From: a virus
Taxonomy: Duplodnaviria > Caudoviricetes
Virus record (IMG/VR): IMGVR_UViG_3300033068_001847
Coordinates: 1 to 64,000 of that record
Reading direction: 5' to 3' (one strand)
DNA length: 64,000 nt
Position 1 is the stretch's first letter. Every line of letters starts with the position of its first letter. Both the position numbers and the translations under genes were made by a program. Positions 1 to 9,285 of the stretch are shown here, piece after piece. The notes under the pieces are model-generated. The model did not search any database and was not told the DNA's origin. It worked only from the letters and a program-made list of their open reading frames with translations.

Positions 1-62
1 TTCACAATCCCTTTCTTCGGGATTAGATTCACATCATTAAAATCAAAATATTTATTCTTCAC
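1..62 (-). CDS. 5' fragment of probable GMP reductase/IMPDH-family protein (runs off window)
   Basis: GTG at 60-62 overlaps the TGA of the upstream ORF; reads MKNKYFDFNDVNLIPKKGIV, resembling the GuaC N-terminus (FDYEDIQLIP..CIV). Confidence 0.5.
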   Translation of the reverse strand, partial: MKNKYFDFNDVNLIPKKGIV

Positions 63-340
63 GTCTTGGGTTTGTTATTATTTATATCAAATATATATTG
101 AAATGGATTATCCCAATAATGACACACATCTTCCATTGATATTTCGTATACTTCATATCTTTCAAATTGAAAGGTTAGAAAAAACTGTTTCTCGAAGAAT
201 TCTAAATTTTTTTTAAAATTAAATGTCCATAAAGTAGTAAAAATGATAGCTGCCATGTAGCTTAGTGCTCCAAAAAAAATCCAGAGTACTGTAAATAACA
301 CACCTATCAAGCGGACTAAGGGAATAAAGATTGCTCTCAT
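59..340 (-). CDS. hypothetical membrane protein
   Basis: 93 aa, hydrophobic N-terminal 40 residues; promoter motif upstream. Confidence 0.7.
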   Translation of the reverse strand: MRAIFIPLVRLIGVLFTVLWIFFGALSYMAAIIFTTLWTFNFKKNLEFFEKQFFLTFQFERYEVYEISMEDVCHYWDNPFQYIFDINNNKPKT

Positions 341-362
341 ATTATTTATTACTGGTTTATAC

Positions 363-393
363 CTAAAATAATATGGAAATTAAAAAAAGCAAG
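363..393 (-). promoter_or_regulatory. host-sigma (Bacteroidota -33/-7 type) promoter
   Basis: CTTG-N19-TATTTTAG on minus strand. Confidence 0.6.
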
Positions 394-412
394 TTTAATG
401 CTTGCTTTTTTT
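382..412 (-). terminator. intrinsic terminator (potentially bidirectional)
   Basis: AAAAAAAGCAAG-N7-CTTGCTTTTTTT directly after the FGase stop. Confidence 0.8.
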
Positions 413-1166
413 AATTAAATGTCATTAATTCTGATAAAAGATTATTTAATTGGTTAACAAACTGATCATCTGCTTTACCATCTACCATATATAGATCTCT
501 ATTTATCTCTATCATAATTGATTCTACTCTTTTATCATTTTGATACATTTGTGGAGTTATAGTTCCAGTATATGGACTATTATGTGTAACACTAAAATGA
601 TGATTTTTAAAAAAATTATAAATATAATCAAATAAATATTTTGGTGTATTAAAAGGATCTGTACCAATACAAATGTCGGCTCTATGGGGAATTTGATCTA
701 AATCACGTTTGAAGGGTGTGGAGGTAAACGAATGGCAATCTATAATTCGAGCTACACCATATTCATTTATCTTTGAACCAACAAGTTCACTGAACTCATT
801 GTGATATTTTTGATAATATTGGTTTTTAATTTTGGTAAATAATTTATTATCTATATCACGCATTTTTTGACCATCATCAGTATGAGTATAAATCATACCC
901 ATACCGAAATTTGCCATAGGTTCTTTATTAGAATCTGCAAATCGTTCGACATCACAAAAAACACGACTAAAACCACAAACTAATTTATCTATACCTTTTA
1001 TATCAAATATTTTATCTGTAGCATGATCAGTTAATAATTGAATTTCATTTTTATATAAATCATTTATATAACCATCGGTAAACGGTATATGTGTTGAAGA
1101 ATGAGGTATATGTAATATAAATGTATTCTTTATATCACCAGAAAAAAGACTAATATTATTATTCAT
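411..1166 (-). CDS. N-formylglutamate amidohydrolase family protein
   Basis: HIPHSS, SRVFCDVERF, IDCHSF, DICIGT, SIMIEINRDLY motifs. Confidence 0.85.
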   Translation of the reverse strand: MNNNISLFSGDIKNTFILHIPHSSTHIPFTDGYINDLYKNEIQLLTDHATDKIFDIKGIDKLVCGFSRVFCDVERFADSNKEPMANFGMGMIYTHTDDGQKMRDIDNKLFTKIKNQYYQKYHNEFSELVGSKINEYGVARIIDCHSFTSTPFKRDLDQIPHRADICIGTDPFNTPKYLFDYIYNFFKNHHFSVTHNSPYTGTITPQMYQNDKRVESIMIEINRDLYMVDGKADDQFVNQLNNLLSELMTFN

Positions 1167-1190
1167 AGTGTAAATATAAGAATTTATTTC

Positions 1191-2303
1191 TTAATTTACA
1201 AATTTTCTATAAATTACATCCTGTTTACCATAAGTATTTGCAAAAGTACCTTGAGGATCGTATTGAGGATCGTATTTATCTCTTTTATATTCTTGGAAAC
1301 CTAAATTACCATATAAATTACTTAAAAACCCATCGAAATGATCCAAGTATTTTCCACCATTAGCAATAGCACTTTTCATTAAAATATCTCCAATACCTTT
1401 AACATCAGGTTCATTATTATGTACTGCAACAATTTCACAATAACCTTCATTTTCAAATTGTTTTAAAGCATATCCAATATTATATCCCTTTAATTTAAAC
1501 AATTTCATTTTACTTAGATCTTGTACAGAATAATCTGTTAACATTTCTTTATGTTTACTTTTAGATAAAGATTGCTTAAACGATTCTGGATTTTGAGGAT
1601 CTTCCCATGCATTATTAAATGTTATCATATTTCTAACGATTGTAGGTGTTTGATTGTTACCTACATATTCGTTTAAATCTGATTGAAATAATTCTATTAA
1701 TCGTAAATGTTCATTAATATTTATTTCATACCTGTATTTCTTCTTTATTTTCCACTCAGTTTTAGTATCCTCAGCACTACAGTATATAAATGTATTACCT
1801 TCCATATAAATGGGATTGGTAAATTCTTTTATATACCTTTTACCACGTCCTTTTTTAACATATGCAATAGTCATATGAGGTTTATAGTCAGGAAATGTTA
1901 AAGTATGTGGTAATTCTTTACATTTTTCATGTAATTGTTTTAAATCATCACTTTCTATAGTAAATTTAACAACATCGTAGGCTTGGTCTGGTTTACCTTC
2001 AAAAATTTCTATACCAGTAAGTTTTACTTTAACATACTGGTTAATATTTTCGAATAAAGTTTTAACGTGATGACCTTCAACTTCAGCATTGAAACCATAT
2101 AATATTGTAATGTGTGGATCACTTTCAAATCCAAATTCTTCACTTTCATTATCATATAGATCATCTGGTTCTATTATCTTTAATACATCTTTCCAATTCT
2201 TAATTTTTTTATCAAAATTAAGCATCAAAATACCAGCCGATTTTTTTCTATTTTCTCCACCTTCTTTAAGAAGATTATATTTTAAAATATTATTTAATTC
2301 CAT
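1191..2303 (-). CDS. 2H phosphodiesterase (T4 gp57B/Acb1-like) fused to C-terminal GNAT-like domain
   Basis: Two HxT motifs (PHITILYG, PDYKPHMTIAY); C-terminal VKGIGDILMKSAIANGG...LYGNLGF GNAT pattern. Confidence 0.7.
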   Translation of the reverse strand: MELNNILKYNLLKEGGENRKKSAGILMLNFDKKIKNWKDVLKIIEPDDLYDNESEEFGFESDPHITILYGFNAEVEGHHVKTLFENINQYVKVKLTGIEIFEGKPDQAYDVVKFTIESDDLKQLHEKCKELPHTLTFPDYKPHMTIAYVKKGRGKRYIKEFTNPIYMEGNTFIYCSAEDTKTEWKIKKKYRYEININEHLRLIELFQSDLNEYVGNNQTPTIVRNMITFNNAWEDPQNPESFKQSLSKSKHKEMLTDYSVQDLSKMKLFKLKGYNIGYALKQFENEGYCEIVAVHNNEPDVKGIGDILMKSAIANGGKYLDHFDGFLSNLYGNLGFQEYKRDKYDPQYDPQGTFANTYGKQDVIYRKFVN

Positions 2304-2770
2304 TCTCTTTTCGCAACCATAAAAGTTAATTCCAAATTATATAATGTAGTAATAAAAATAGCTATCAATTCAAAAACATAAAGCCCAAAATAATATAAAA
2401 TAATTAAATTTAAAAACATTATAATAATATAGATGTAATTTCTACTTCTAATAATGTTAAAAATTAATAAAATGAAAAATATCCCTGCTACAAGATTATG
2501 AAATTGAGGATACTGGATCACATCAAAGTAGACTACAATCCACAAAGTTATAGATGGGAGTACATAAGCTCTTCTTATTAACAAGGATAATCCAATAATT
2601 ATAAGGGAGTAATTGAATATGTATGCAGTATTTGGATCTGAAACATATAAGGATAAACTATTTTTTAATCCTGCAATATAATATAATAATGCAGGAAAAC
2701 ATAATGCCGTGATACTACCAATTAAAGTTGCAATTATTTTAACTAAAAGAGGTATTTTATTCACTAACAT
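2294..2770 (-). CDS. multi-pass membrane protein
   Basis: 158 aa, about 5-6 hydrophobic segments. Confidence 0.75.
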   Translation of the reverse strand: MLVNKIPLLVKIIATLIGSITALCFPALLYYIAGLKNSLSLYVSDPNTAYIFNYSLIIIGLSLLIRRAYVLPSITLWIVVYFDVIQYPQFHNLVAGIFFILLIFNIIRSRNYIYIIIMFLNLIILYYFGLYVFELIAIFITTLYNLELTFMVAKREWN

Positions 2771-2773
2771 ACC

Positions 2774-2781
2774 TATAAATA
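2774..2781 (-). promoter_or_regulatory. putative phage late promoter TATTTATA
   Basis: Recurring motif, 3 nt upstream of ATG. Confidence 0.6.
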
Positions 2782-2798
2782 GTGCACTGAAATATTAT

Positions 2799-3221
2799 TT
2801 AATCTTGTTGAGGTGGGGTAAAAATAATGTTTGTTTCAAGTTTTTTATAGGCTGTAGATAACAAGAAAGAAGTACCTATTATAATATCTTGGGTTATCTG
2901 ATATTGTTCGATTCTGCTAATGATTAACTCCGCTAAATCACGCATTAAAAATTGATATGCATGATCCACAGAAAATTGATCTTTAGGTTCATCATATGTA
3001 TTGATACTTTCATATTTTAAATCAAACCATGTAACTAATTTATCATTACTATCATCAAAATGTAACTCTATTATGAATTGGTTATAGAAATTATCAGGAG
3101 AAACAATCTCATATATAAGCCATTTTCCACTAAATTTTAAATCAATATCCAAGAGATGGGTTAACTCATGTAGAATTAACCCTTTAGTCTCTTCGATTGA
3201 ACGTGTTTTAGTTAGTGGCAA
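2799..3221 (-). CDS. hypothetical protein
   Basis: 140 aa ORF overlapping the clpP end. Confidence 0.7.
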   Translation of the reverse strand: MPLTKTRSIEETKGLILHELTHLLDIDLKFSGKWLIYEIVSPDNFYNQFIIELHFDDSNDKLVTWFDLKYESINTYDEPKDQFSVDHAYQFLMRDLAELIISRIEQYQITQDIIIGTSFLLSTAYKKLETNIIFTPPQQD

Positions 3222-3894
3222 TTTTCTTTTCTATAACTTCATCAATCATACCATACTCTTTAGCTTCACCTGAAGTCATCCAGTAATCACGATCTGAAGC
3301 TCTCTCAACCCAATCATATGTTTGACCTGAGTGTTCAGAAATGATCTCATAAAGTTCCTTCTTAAGTTTAAGCATCTCACGTAAATTAATCTCCATATCT
3401 GAAGCAACTCCCTGAGAACCACCTGATGGTTGATGAATCATAACTCTTGAATGTTTCAATGCACAACGTTTTCCTGCTGCTCCAGCACATAATAATACTG
3501 CACCCATAGAAGCTGCCATACCTGTACAAATAGTAGCTACATCAGGATTAATGTATTGCATAGTATCATAAATACCTAAACCAGCATATACTGAACCTCC
3601 GGGTGAATTAATATAAATTTGAATATCTCTATTATTATCAGCAGATTGTAAAAACAGTAACTGCGCTTGGATTATATTTGCAACCTCATCATTTACACCT
3701 GTACCTAAAAAGATAATGCGATCCATCATTAAACGAGAGAACACATCCATCTGAGCTACGTTTAACTGACGTTCTTCAACAATATAAGGTGTTAAGTTTT
3801 GTGGATTAAAAGCTTTTGTATACGCTTCCAATGTTGTTGTTGGGATTTTTTGATCAAGCTTGGCGAATTTCTGAAATTCTGTTTGGTAATTCAT
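3208..3894 (-). CDS. clpP: ATP-dependent Clp protease proteolytic subunit
   Basis: DVFSRLMMDRIIFLG, YINSPGG, AASMG (catalytic Ser), MIHQP; Bacteroidota-like N-terminus LTPYIVEERQLNV. Confidence 0.97.
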   Translation of the reverse strand: MNYQTEFQKFAKLDQKIPTTTLEAYTKAFNPQNLTPYIVEERQLNVAQMDVFSRLMMDRIIFLGTGVNDEVANIIQAQLLFLQSADNNRDIQIYINSPGGSVYAGLGIYDTMQYINPDVATICTGMAASMGAVLLCAGAAGKRCALKHSRVMIHQPSGGSQGVASDMEINLREMLKLKKELYEIISEHSGQTYDWVERASDRDYWMTSGEAKEYGMIDEVIEKKIATN

Positions 3895-3897
3895 AAT

Positions 3898-4212
3898 TTA
3901 TATTAATTTATTTAACTTTTCTACAATATTAGATTTAGTAGTAGCACCTACTATTTTATCAACAACTTCTCCATCCTTAATGAATAACATTACTGGAATA
4001 TTCCTGATACTATATTTTGCTGCTGTTTCAGGATTTTCTTCTACATCTAATTTAACAACCACTGCTTTTTCTATGAAATCAGTATTTATCTGATCAATGA
4101 TGGGTGATAACATTTTACATGGACCACACCAATTGGCTTTAAATGTTACTAATGAGGGCAAACTTGATTGTATTACCACTTCTTCAAAATTACTATCGTT
4201 TATTTCTATCAT
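3898..4212 (-). CDS. trxA: thioredoxin
   Basis: WCGPC active site, 104 aa. Confidence 0.95.
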   Translation of the reverse strand: MIEINDSNFEEVVIQSSLPSLVTFKANWCGPCKMLSPIIDQINTDFIEKAVVVKLDVEENPETAAKYSIRNIPVMLFIKDGEVVDKIVGATTKSNIVEKLNKLI

Positions 4213-4214
4213 AT

Positions 4215-4853
4215 TTATTTACTTATTATTTTTAATATATTTTCTAAAACAAGTTCATCTTTACTTGTTTTTGTTTCTTTGATCATTGTTAATATTTGAT
4301 CATACTCTTCAACTGTTAGAGTAGCTTTAAGTGTTGTACCAAAACTTAAATTAATTCTAACCAATTCTTCCTTCGAACTGTAAATAATAACAGGAGTGAA
4401 AGTAGGTTTAATTTTACCAAAGAGTGGTTGAAATCTACTTACTGCTTTGTTCAATAATTCTTCATCTACAACCTGATAAAGGTTTGTAATACCAAATGGA
4501 TGGAATTCATTATTTTCATCGAATACATGGTAATTATTTACTTTTGATAATCCAATTTGATTTTTGATTTTATACTCAATAAATTCTTGAAATTGACTAC
4601 TTAGTTTAACAGCTTTATCTATTAATTGATTTTTAATGTAATCCCGTTCTTTTTCAAGAATTAACTCCACTGATTCCGTACCGATCTCATACTTATATGA
4701 TGTAGATCTAATCAAAGGATAATAAGTATCATAATCAAGATATTTCTTAATAATTTTCAATGGTTTTTTATCTGCATAAAAATTATTTTTATTTATCAAC
4801 TTGATTTCAGTAGCTTTTAATAAACTAACTAGTTTATCTTTGTAATCTTGCAT
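4215..4853 (-). CDS. hypothetical protein
   Basis: 212 aa, translationally coupled to clpC. Confidence 0.75.
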   Translation of the reverse strand: MQDYKDKLVSLLKATEIKLINKNNFYADKKPLKIIKKYLDYDTYYPLIRSTSYKYEIGTESVELILEKERDYIKNQLIDKAVKLSSQFQEFIEYKIKNQIGLSKVNNYHVFDENNEFHPFGITNLYQVVDEELLNKAVSRFQPLFGKIKPTFTPVIIYSSKEELVRINLSFGTTLKATLTVEEYDQILTMIKETKTSKDELVLENILKIISK

Positions 4854-6820
4854 TATTTTTTGGGTTTAGTTATTTTAAAATCTATTTTATTATCTTTTAC
4901 TATAGCTTTAATGATACTACCTTCTTTCACACCATTTAATATTAGTTCAGTCAATGAATCCTCAATTAAATTGGATATGGATCTTTCTATTACCCTTGCA
5001 CCATACTTAGAATCTTGGTCTTTTATAAGAAAATCTTTAACATCATCATCAATAGAAAACTTATATCCTAATTCAGCAATTCTAATGGTCAAATCTACGA
5101 TATATAAATCAATTATTTCATAAAAATGTTCTTTTTTAAGTTCATTAAAAACAACAATGTTATCAATTCTATTAAGAACTTCAGGTTTTAACATTTTTTC
5201 CAGTTCTTTTTTAAGAATATTTTCAACTTCAAGATCATCAATTACTGATTTAGCATATCCAATACCCGCACCAAAATCTTTTAATTTTTTAGTACCTATA
5301 TTCGAAGTCATGACTATAATTGTATTTCTGAAATTAATTACCTTACCTTGAGCATCAGTTAATTGACCTTCATCTAATACCTGAAGAAATATATCCATAA
5401 CATCAGGATGTGCCTTTTCAATCTCATCTAGTAATATAATTGAGTATGGTCTTTTACTGATCTTTTTGGTTAATTCACCACCTTCTTCATAACCTACATA
5501 TCCCGGTGTTGCACCGATCAAACGTGATGATGAAAACTTATCAGTATATTCGTTCATATTAACCCGTATAAGCGATTGTTCTTCATCGAATAGGTATTTG
5601 GATAGCTCCTTAGCTAAAAGTGTCTTACCAACCCCTGAAGAGCCTAGAAACAGGAGACTACAAGGTTTATTATTCTTCCTGATACCTAATCTTGATTTCT
5701 TGATTGCTTTACTTACTAAATCAATTGCCTTGCTTTGACCAATTACGGCTTTATTTAAAATTTCAGGTAATTGAAGTAATCTTTTGTTTTCTTCTAAACC
5801 AATTTTAGATACAGGAATACCAGTCATTGATGAAACTACTGAAGCAACGTGCTCTTTTGTAACATCTACTACTTTTAGTTTCAAACTTTCCTTCCATTTT
5901 ACACTTTCCTCTTCGATCATTTTCAAAAGACCTCGTTCCTCATCCCTTAATTTACCAGCATGTTCATATTTCTGACTTTTAACAGATAAATGTTTTTCTG
6001 TAACAACAGCTTTAAGTCTTTCTTCAAGATCTTTAATTAATTCCGATGGTTTTATGTTTTCTATATGGACTAATGAACCAGCTTCATCCATGATATCAAT
6101 GGCTTTATCTGGAAATTGTTTATTACTTACATATCTATCAGCTAATTTAACTATATATCTCAACACTTCCTCACTATAAACAACAGAGTGATGTTCTTCA
6201 CAGTATATTTTAGTATTTAATAAGATTTGGGTTGTTTCTTCCAAAGATGTTTCATTAATTAAGATCTTTTGAAATCTACGTTCCAATGCTCCATCTTTAC
6301 CTATTGTTTTATCATATTCGTCAGAAGTTGTAGCACCTATTAATTGTAATTTACCACTTGCTAGAGCAGGCTTGATAATGTTAGCTACATCCAATGAACC
6401 TGATGCAGAACCACTACCAATTATAGTATGTATCTCATCTAAAAATAAAATGATGTTTGGATTTTTCTCTACCTCGACCATTACAGCCTTGATACGTTCT
6501 TCGAATTGACCTCTGTACTTTGTACCTGCAATTAATGCTGTTAAATCAATTTCAATTAAGATTTTGTTTTGTAATAATGGAGAAACTTCTTGGTTAGCTA
6601 TTTTTTGAGCTAATCCAACTAACAATGCCGTTTTACCAACTCCGGGATCACCAGTAAGGATAACATTATTTTTCTTTCTTCTGGATAAGATTTGACCTAA
6701 TCTTTTAATCTCTTCTTCACGTCCAATTACAATATCTGTTTTACCTTCTTTAGCTAATTGCGTGTAATCAGTTCCAAATTTCTCTAAAAGTGTTTGATTT
6801 CTTGTTTCTTTTTCTGACAT
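4853..6820 (-). CDS. clpC: ClpC-like Hsp100 AAA+ ATPase lacking the N-terminal Clp-repeat domain
   Basis: GDPGVGKT, AGTKYRGQFEER, LFLDEIH, UVR-like M-domain (KSQKYEHAGKLRDEE), GSSGVGKT, PGYVGYEEGG, GIGY ClpP-docking loop. Confidence 0.92.
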   Translation of the reverse strand: MSEKETRNQTLLEKFGTDYTQLAKEGKTDIVIGREEEIKRLGQILSRRKKNNVILTGDPGVGKTALLVGLAQKIANQEVSPLLQNKILIEIDLTALIAGTKYRGQFEERIKAVMVEVEKNPNIILFLDEIHTIIGSGSASGSLDVANIIKPALASGKLQLIGATTSDEYDKTIGKDGALERRFQKILINETSLEETTQILLNTKIYCEEHHSVVYSEEVLRYIVKLADRYVSNKQFPDKAIDIMDEAGSLVHIENIKPSELIKDLEERLKAVVTEKHLSVKSQKYEHAGKLRDEERGLLKMIEEESVKWKESLKLKVVDVTKEHVASVVSSMTGIPVSKIGLEENKRLLQLPEILNKAVIGQSKAIDLVSKAIKKSRLGIRKNNKPCSLLFLGSSGVGKTLLAKELSKYLFDEEQSLIRVNMNEYTDKFSSSRLIGATPGYVGYEEGGELTKKISKRPYSIILLDEIEKAHPDVMDIFLQVLDEGQLTDAQGKVINFRNTIIVMTSNIGTKKLKDFGAGIGYAKSVIDDLEVENILKKELEKMLKPEVLNRIDNIVVFNELKKEHFYEIIDLYIVDLTIRIAELGYKFSIDDDVKDFLIKDQDSKYGARVIERSISNLIEDSLTELILNGVKEGSIIKAIVKDNKIDFKITKPKK

Positions 6821-6841
6821 ATAAGTTAAATTCTATACCAA

Positions 6842-6872
6842 CAAATATAGATTAACTTATTTTTTTGTCAAG
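6842..6872 (-). promoter_or_regulatory. host-sigma promoter for clpC-trx-clpP unit
   Basis: CTTG-N19-TATATTTG (the -33 reads CTTGACA). Confidence 0.75.
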
Positions 6873-7149
6873 TCCAGTTTGACTTTTTGTTTAGTTCGTC
6901 TGAAACTATTTTCTCAATAAACATTTCCTCATCTTCTGATAGAAGATCCTTATATAGGATTATGTAGTGATAAAAATTGTAAACTTCATTTTCTATGTCC
7001 TTTTCTAAAACAGAAAGTCCATTAAGGTGTAATTTTTCAACATAATCTAGGATCAGATTACCATATTCATTCTCTAATTTAGCAGTTTCAATAAACAACA
7101 TGATTTTATCGCTAAAGTTTAATATGTCGTCTTTACCTAAATAAGTCAT
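6868..7149 (-). CDS. hypothetical protein
   Basis: 93 aa; TATTTATA at 7165-7172. Confidence 0.7.
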   Translation of the reverse strand: MTYLGKDDILNFSDKIMLFIETAKLENEYGNLILDYVEKLHLNGLSVLEKDIENEVYNFYHYIILYKDLLSEDEEMFIEKIVSDELNKKSNWT

Positions 7150-7176
7150 AGTAGTAATGTTTATTATAAATATGTA

Positions 7177-7371
7177 CTAAAAGATTGAAATAAGCTTCTC
7201 TAGTAATGTTTTTTTAATATTTTTTTCTTCTACGGGTGGTGATAAAGGAGTTAACATTTCTTCTACAGGTGGTAATTTATCAACTATATTAACTTTATAA
7301 GCATCTACAGCTTGATTGGTTATTTCTTTGTCTCTTTGTAATACTTTTAATTCGTATTGTAAATTTCTCAT
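7177..7371 (-). CDS. hypothetical protein
   Basis: 64 aa, coupled to upstream ORF. Confidence 0.65.
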   Translation of the reverse strand: MRNLQYELKVLQRDKEITNQAVDAYKVNIVDKLPPVEEMLTPLSPPVEEKNIKKTLLEKLISIF

Positions 7372-7823
7372 TAGTATAACTCCTTATGTAATCTTCCAAA
7401 TTTTCTCATGATAACGCCAGCTATAGCGTTAGCTTCATTTTCAATCGGTTGACCATCATTATCTAATGCAACCTGATCGGTTGAGATCTCATCCTTTAAA
7501 TATTGTTTATAATGGACTAGCTCATGTGCTAGAGATCTCAGGCAATCTAATATTGCTCTATCTTTACAATATACTGCTGCTATTTGATTTTGTAAATCAA
7601 AATAAGCATAAGTTGTAAAGTGTTCCTTCTCAGAAGAGAAAGCTATTTTTAATTGATGAGTTTCTTTATCTATCTGAAGGTGATTCAAGCAGAAATCAAT
7701 AAATTCCTTTAATAGACCTTTATCGAACTTAATATCTGTATCAATAAACATTTTATATTTAAAATCATGTTTATCAAGATACTTACCAACAAATTGTTCT
7801 ATTATATTTATAGATTGTTTCAT
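7371..7823 (-). CDS. zincin-like HExxH metallopeptidase domain protein
   Basis: SLAHELVHYKQ...ENEANAIAG; TATTTATA at 7828-7835. Confidence 0.7.
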   Translation of the reverse strand: MKQSINIIEQFVGKYLDKHDFKYKMFIDTDIKFDKGLLKEFIDFCLNHLQIDKETHQLKIAFSSEKEHFTTYAYFDLQNQIAAVYCKDRAILDCLRSLAHELVHYKQYLKDEISTDQVALDNDGQPIENEANAIAGVIMRKFGRLHKELY

Positions 7824-7838
7824 TATCTATAAATATCC

Positions 7839-8045
7839 TCATACCTCACTTCTTGTCTGTAATTCGTCAGTTAATTCATATAAATAATCAATCATCACAC
7901 CAAAAGAATCATAATATCCTTGAATATATTCATCAGTAAACCTACCACCCTCTTGTGATTTCTCACAAATAAATTTTTGAAATAATCCTAATACTTCAAT
8001 CATTTCATAATGACTGTCCAATAGAGTTTTTAACTTATCATCCAT
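7839..8045 (-). CDS. hypothetical protein
   Basis: 68 aa ORF in operon. Confidence 0.65.
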   Translation of the reverse strand: MDDKLKTLLDSHYEMIEVLGLFQKFICEKSQEGGRFTDEYIQGYYDSFGVMIDYLYELTDELQTRSEV

Positions 8046-8307
8046 GTTTCTCTACTATGACCCTTAAATTCTCTTCAGTTAATACCTGTTGCATCACCAT
8101 AATCTCATTTCGATCTATAGAAACTTGAATTATTTCACTCCCAAAAATATGAGTGAAATTAGTTAAATTTAATGCTAACTCATAATCCAAGGTAATTAAC
8201 ATTAACGATGAAACAACATGTTCAAATGTATTTAAAGTATCATCCTTTAATATTAAAGTATAATAACATACACCATCTGAAGTAGGAAACATAAATTTAG
8301 AATTCAT
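8038..8307 (-). CDS. ClpS-like adaptor protein
   Basis: YTLILKDDTLNTFEHVVSSL...A..LT..TH..G resembles the ClpS core (L.NDD.NTF.HV...L...A......H..G). Confidence 0.65.
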   Translation of the reverse strand: MNSKFMFPTSDGVCYYTLILKDDTLNTFEHVVSSLMLITLDYELALNLTNFTHIFGSEIIQVSIDRNEIMVMQQVLTEENLRVIVEKHG

Positions 8308-8320
8308 CGTTAATGTTTAT

Positions 8321-9085
8321 TTACAAGTTGTTTTTCATATTATCTAAAAGATCTGGTAGTGGTTTATACGCAATACCATTTCCGATATCCTCAAGAGGTT
8401 CATCAGGTTCTCTTTGATTAATGAACATTTCTTTAGGTGCGAAAGGAATACCATTATATGTTTGAGCTTGTGTGTCAGGATGTAAAGATGCTAATTTACT
8501 ATCATCAAACTCATTATATTCAATACCATCAGGTGTGACAGGTCTAACTGGTCGTGAAGGTCTAATTGGAGCTTCTAAATTATTTGGTTGAGTTGATTGA
8601 TATAATGGTGTAAACTCTATTGGTTTTTCTTCTTGTTTATTAATAACAGGAGTAATAAATGGTGGTAATTGGAATGGAACAATATTATTTAACTCTTCTT
8701 GTTCTTCTAAATCCAGTGCGGGTAAATCAATCTTCTCAATATCTTCTAGGGACATCTTAGATAATTCACGAATCTTCTGTTGAAGAAGTTTTTGTTTCTT
8801 CTCTTCCTTTTTGTTAAACGTAATCACTTCTTCAAAATCATCCAAAAATACATCAATAGGTTGATCAGTAGATTTCTTAGGATCTAATCCCATTGTTATT
8901 AAATAACTACTGTTATTTGGTGATGGTTGTATTTCTAATACTAACCCTTTTTCAACTAAACTTCTATACGACCATGTAATTGGTATCATTACATTTAATC
9001 TCACATAAAGATCTTTATGATCATACATGAATCCACGTAAAAAAGGTATTAACCTTTCTAATCTTTTATTTATTAACTGTTCCAT
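8321..9085 (-). CDS. hypothetical protein
   Basis: Likely start MEQL at 9085; Pro-rich C-terminus. Confidence 0.7.
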   Translation of the reverse strand: MEQLINKRLERLIPFLRGFMYDHKDLYVRLNVMIPITWSYRSLVEKGLVLEIQPSPNNSSYLITMGLDPKKSTDQPIDVFLDDFEEVITFNKKEEKKQKLLQQKIRELSKMSLEDIEKIDLPALDLEEQEELNNIVPFQLPPFITPVINKQEEKPIEFTPLYQSTQPNNLEAPIRPSRPVRPVTPDGIEYNEFDDSKLASLHPDTQAQTYNGIPFAPKEMFINQREPDEPLEDIGNGIAYKPLPDLLDNMKNNL

Positions 9086-9093
9086 TTTATTTT

Positions 9094-9285
9094 TTAAAAT
9101 AACCAAAATAAATAGGTTATAAAATAATTTAAATTAATCCCAATATAGAAAATCTCTAATCTACTGAAATTTAATACTGTATCATTTTTCATTGCCTTAA
9201 AAATGATAAATGCATAGCGTATGAGGTTAAGAATCGTGAAAACGAATATAAACACCCAAATAATATATAAATTTGTTTCTATCAT
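9094..9285 (-). CDS. small membrane protein
   Basis: 63 aa, two hydrophobic segments. Confidence 0.65.
   Translation of the reverse strand: MIETNLYIIWVFIFVFTILNLIRYAFIIFKAMKNDTVLNFSRLEIFYIGINLNYFITYLFWLF

Noticed and set aside
2799-3221. HELTH as a metalloprotease motif
   Set aside because: Too near the N-terminus and no supporting third-ligand context
3208-6820. Bacterial chromosome origin suggested by clpP, clpC, trxA and glf
   Set aside because: These genes sit among baseplate, gp55-like sigma and phage replication genes with uniform strand, composition and promoter motifs
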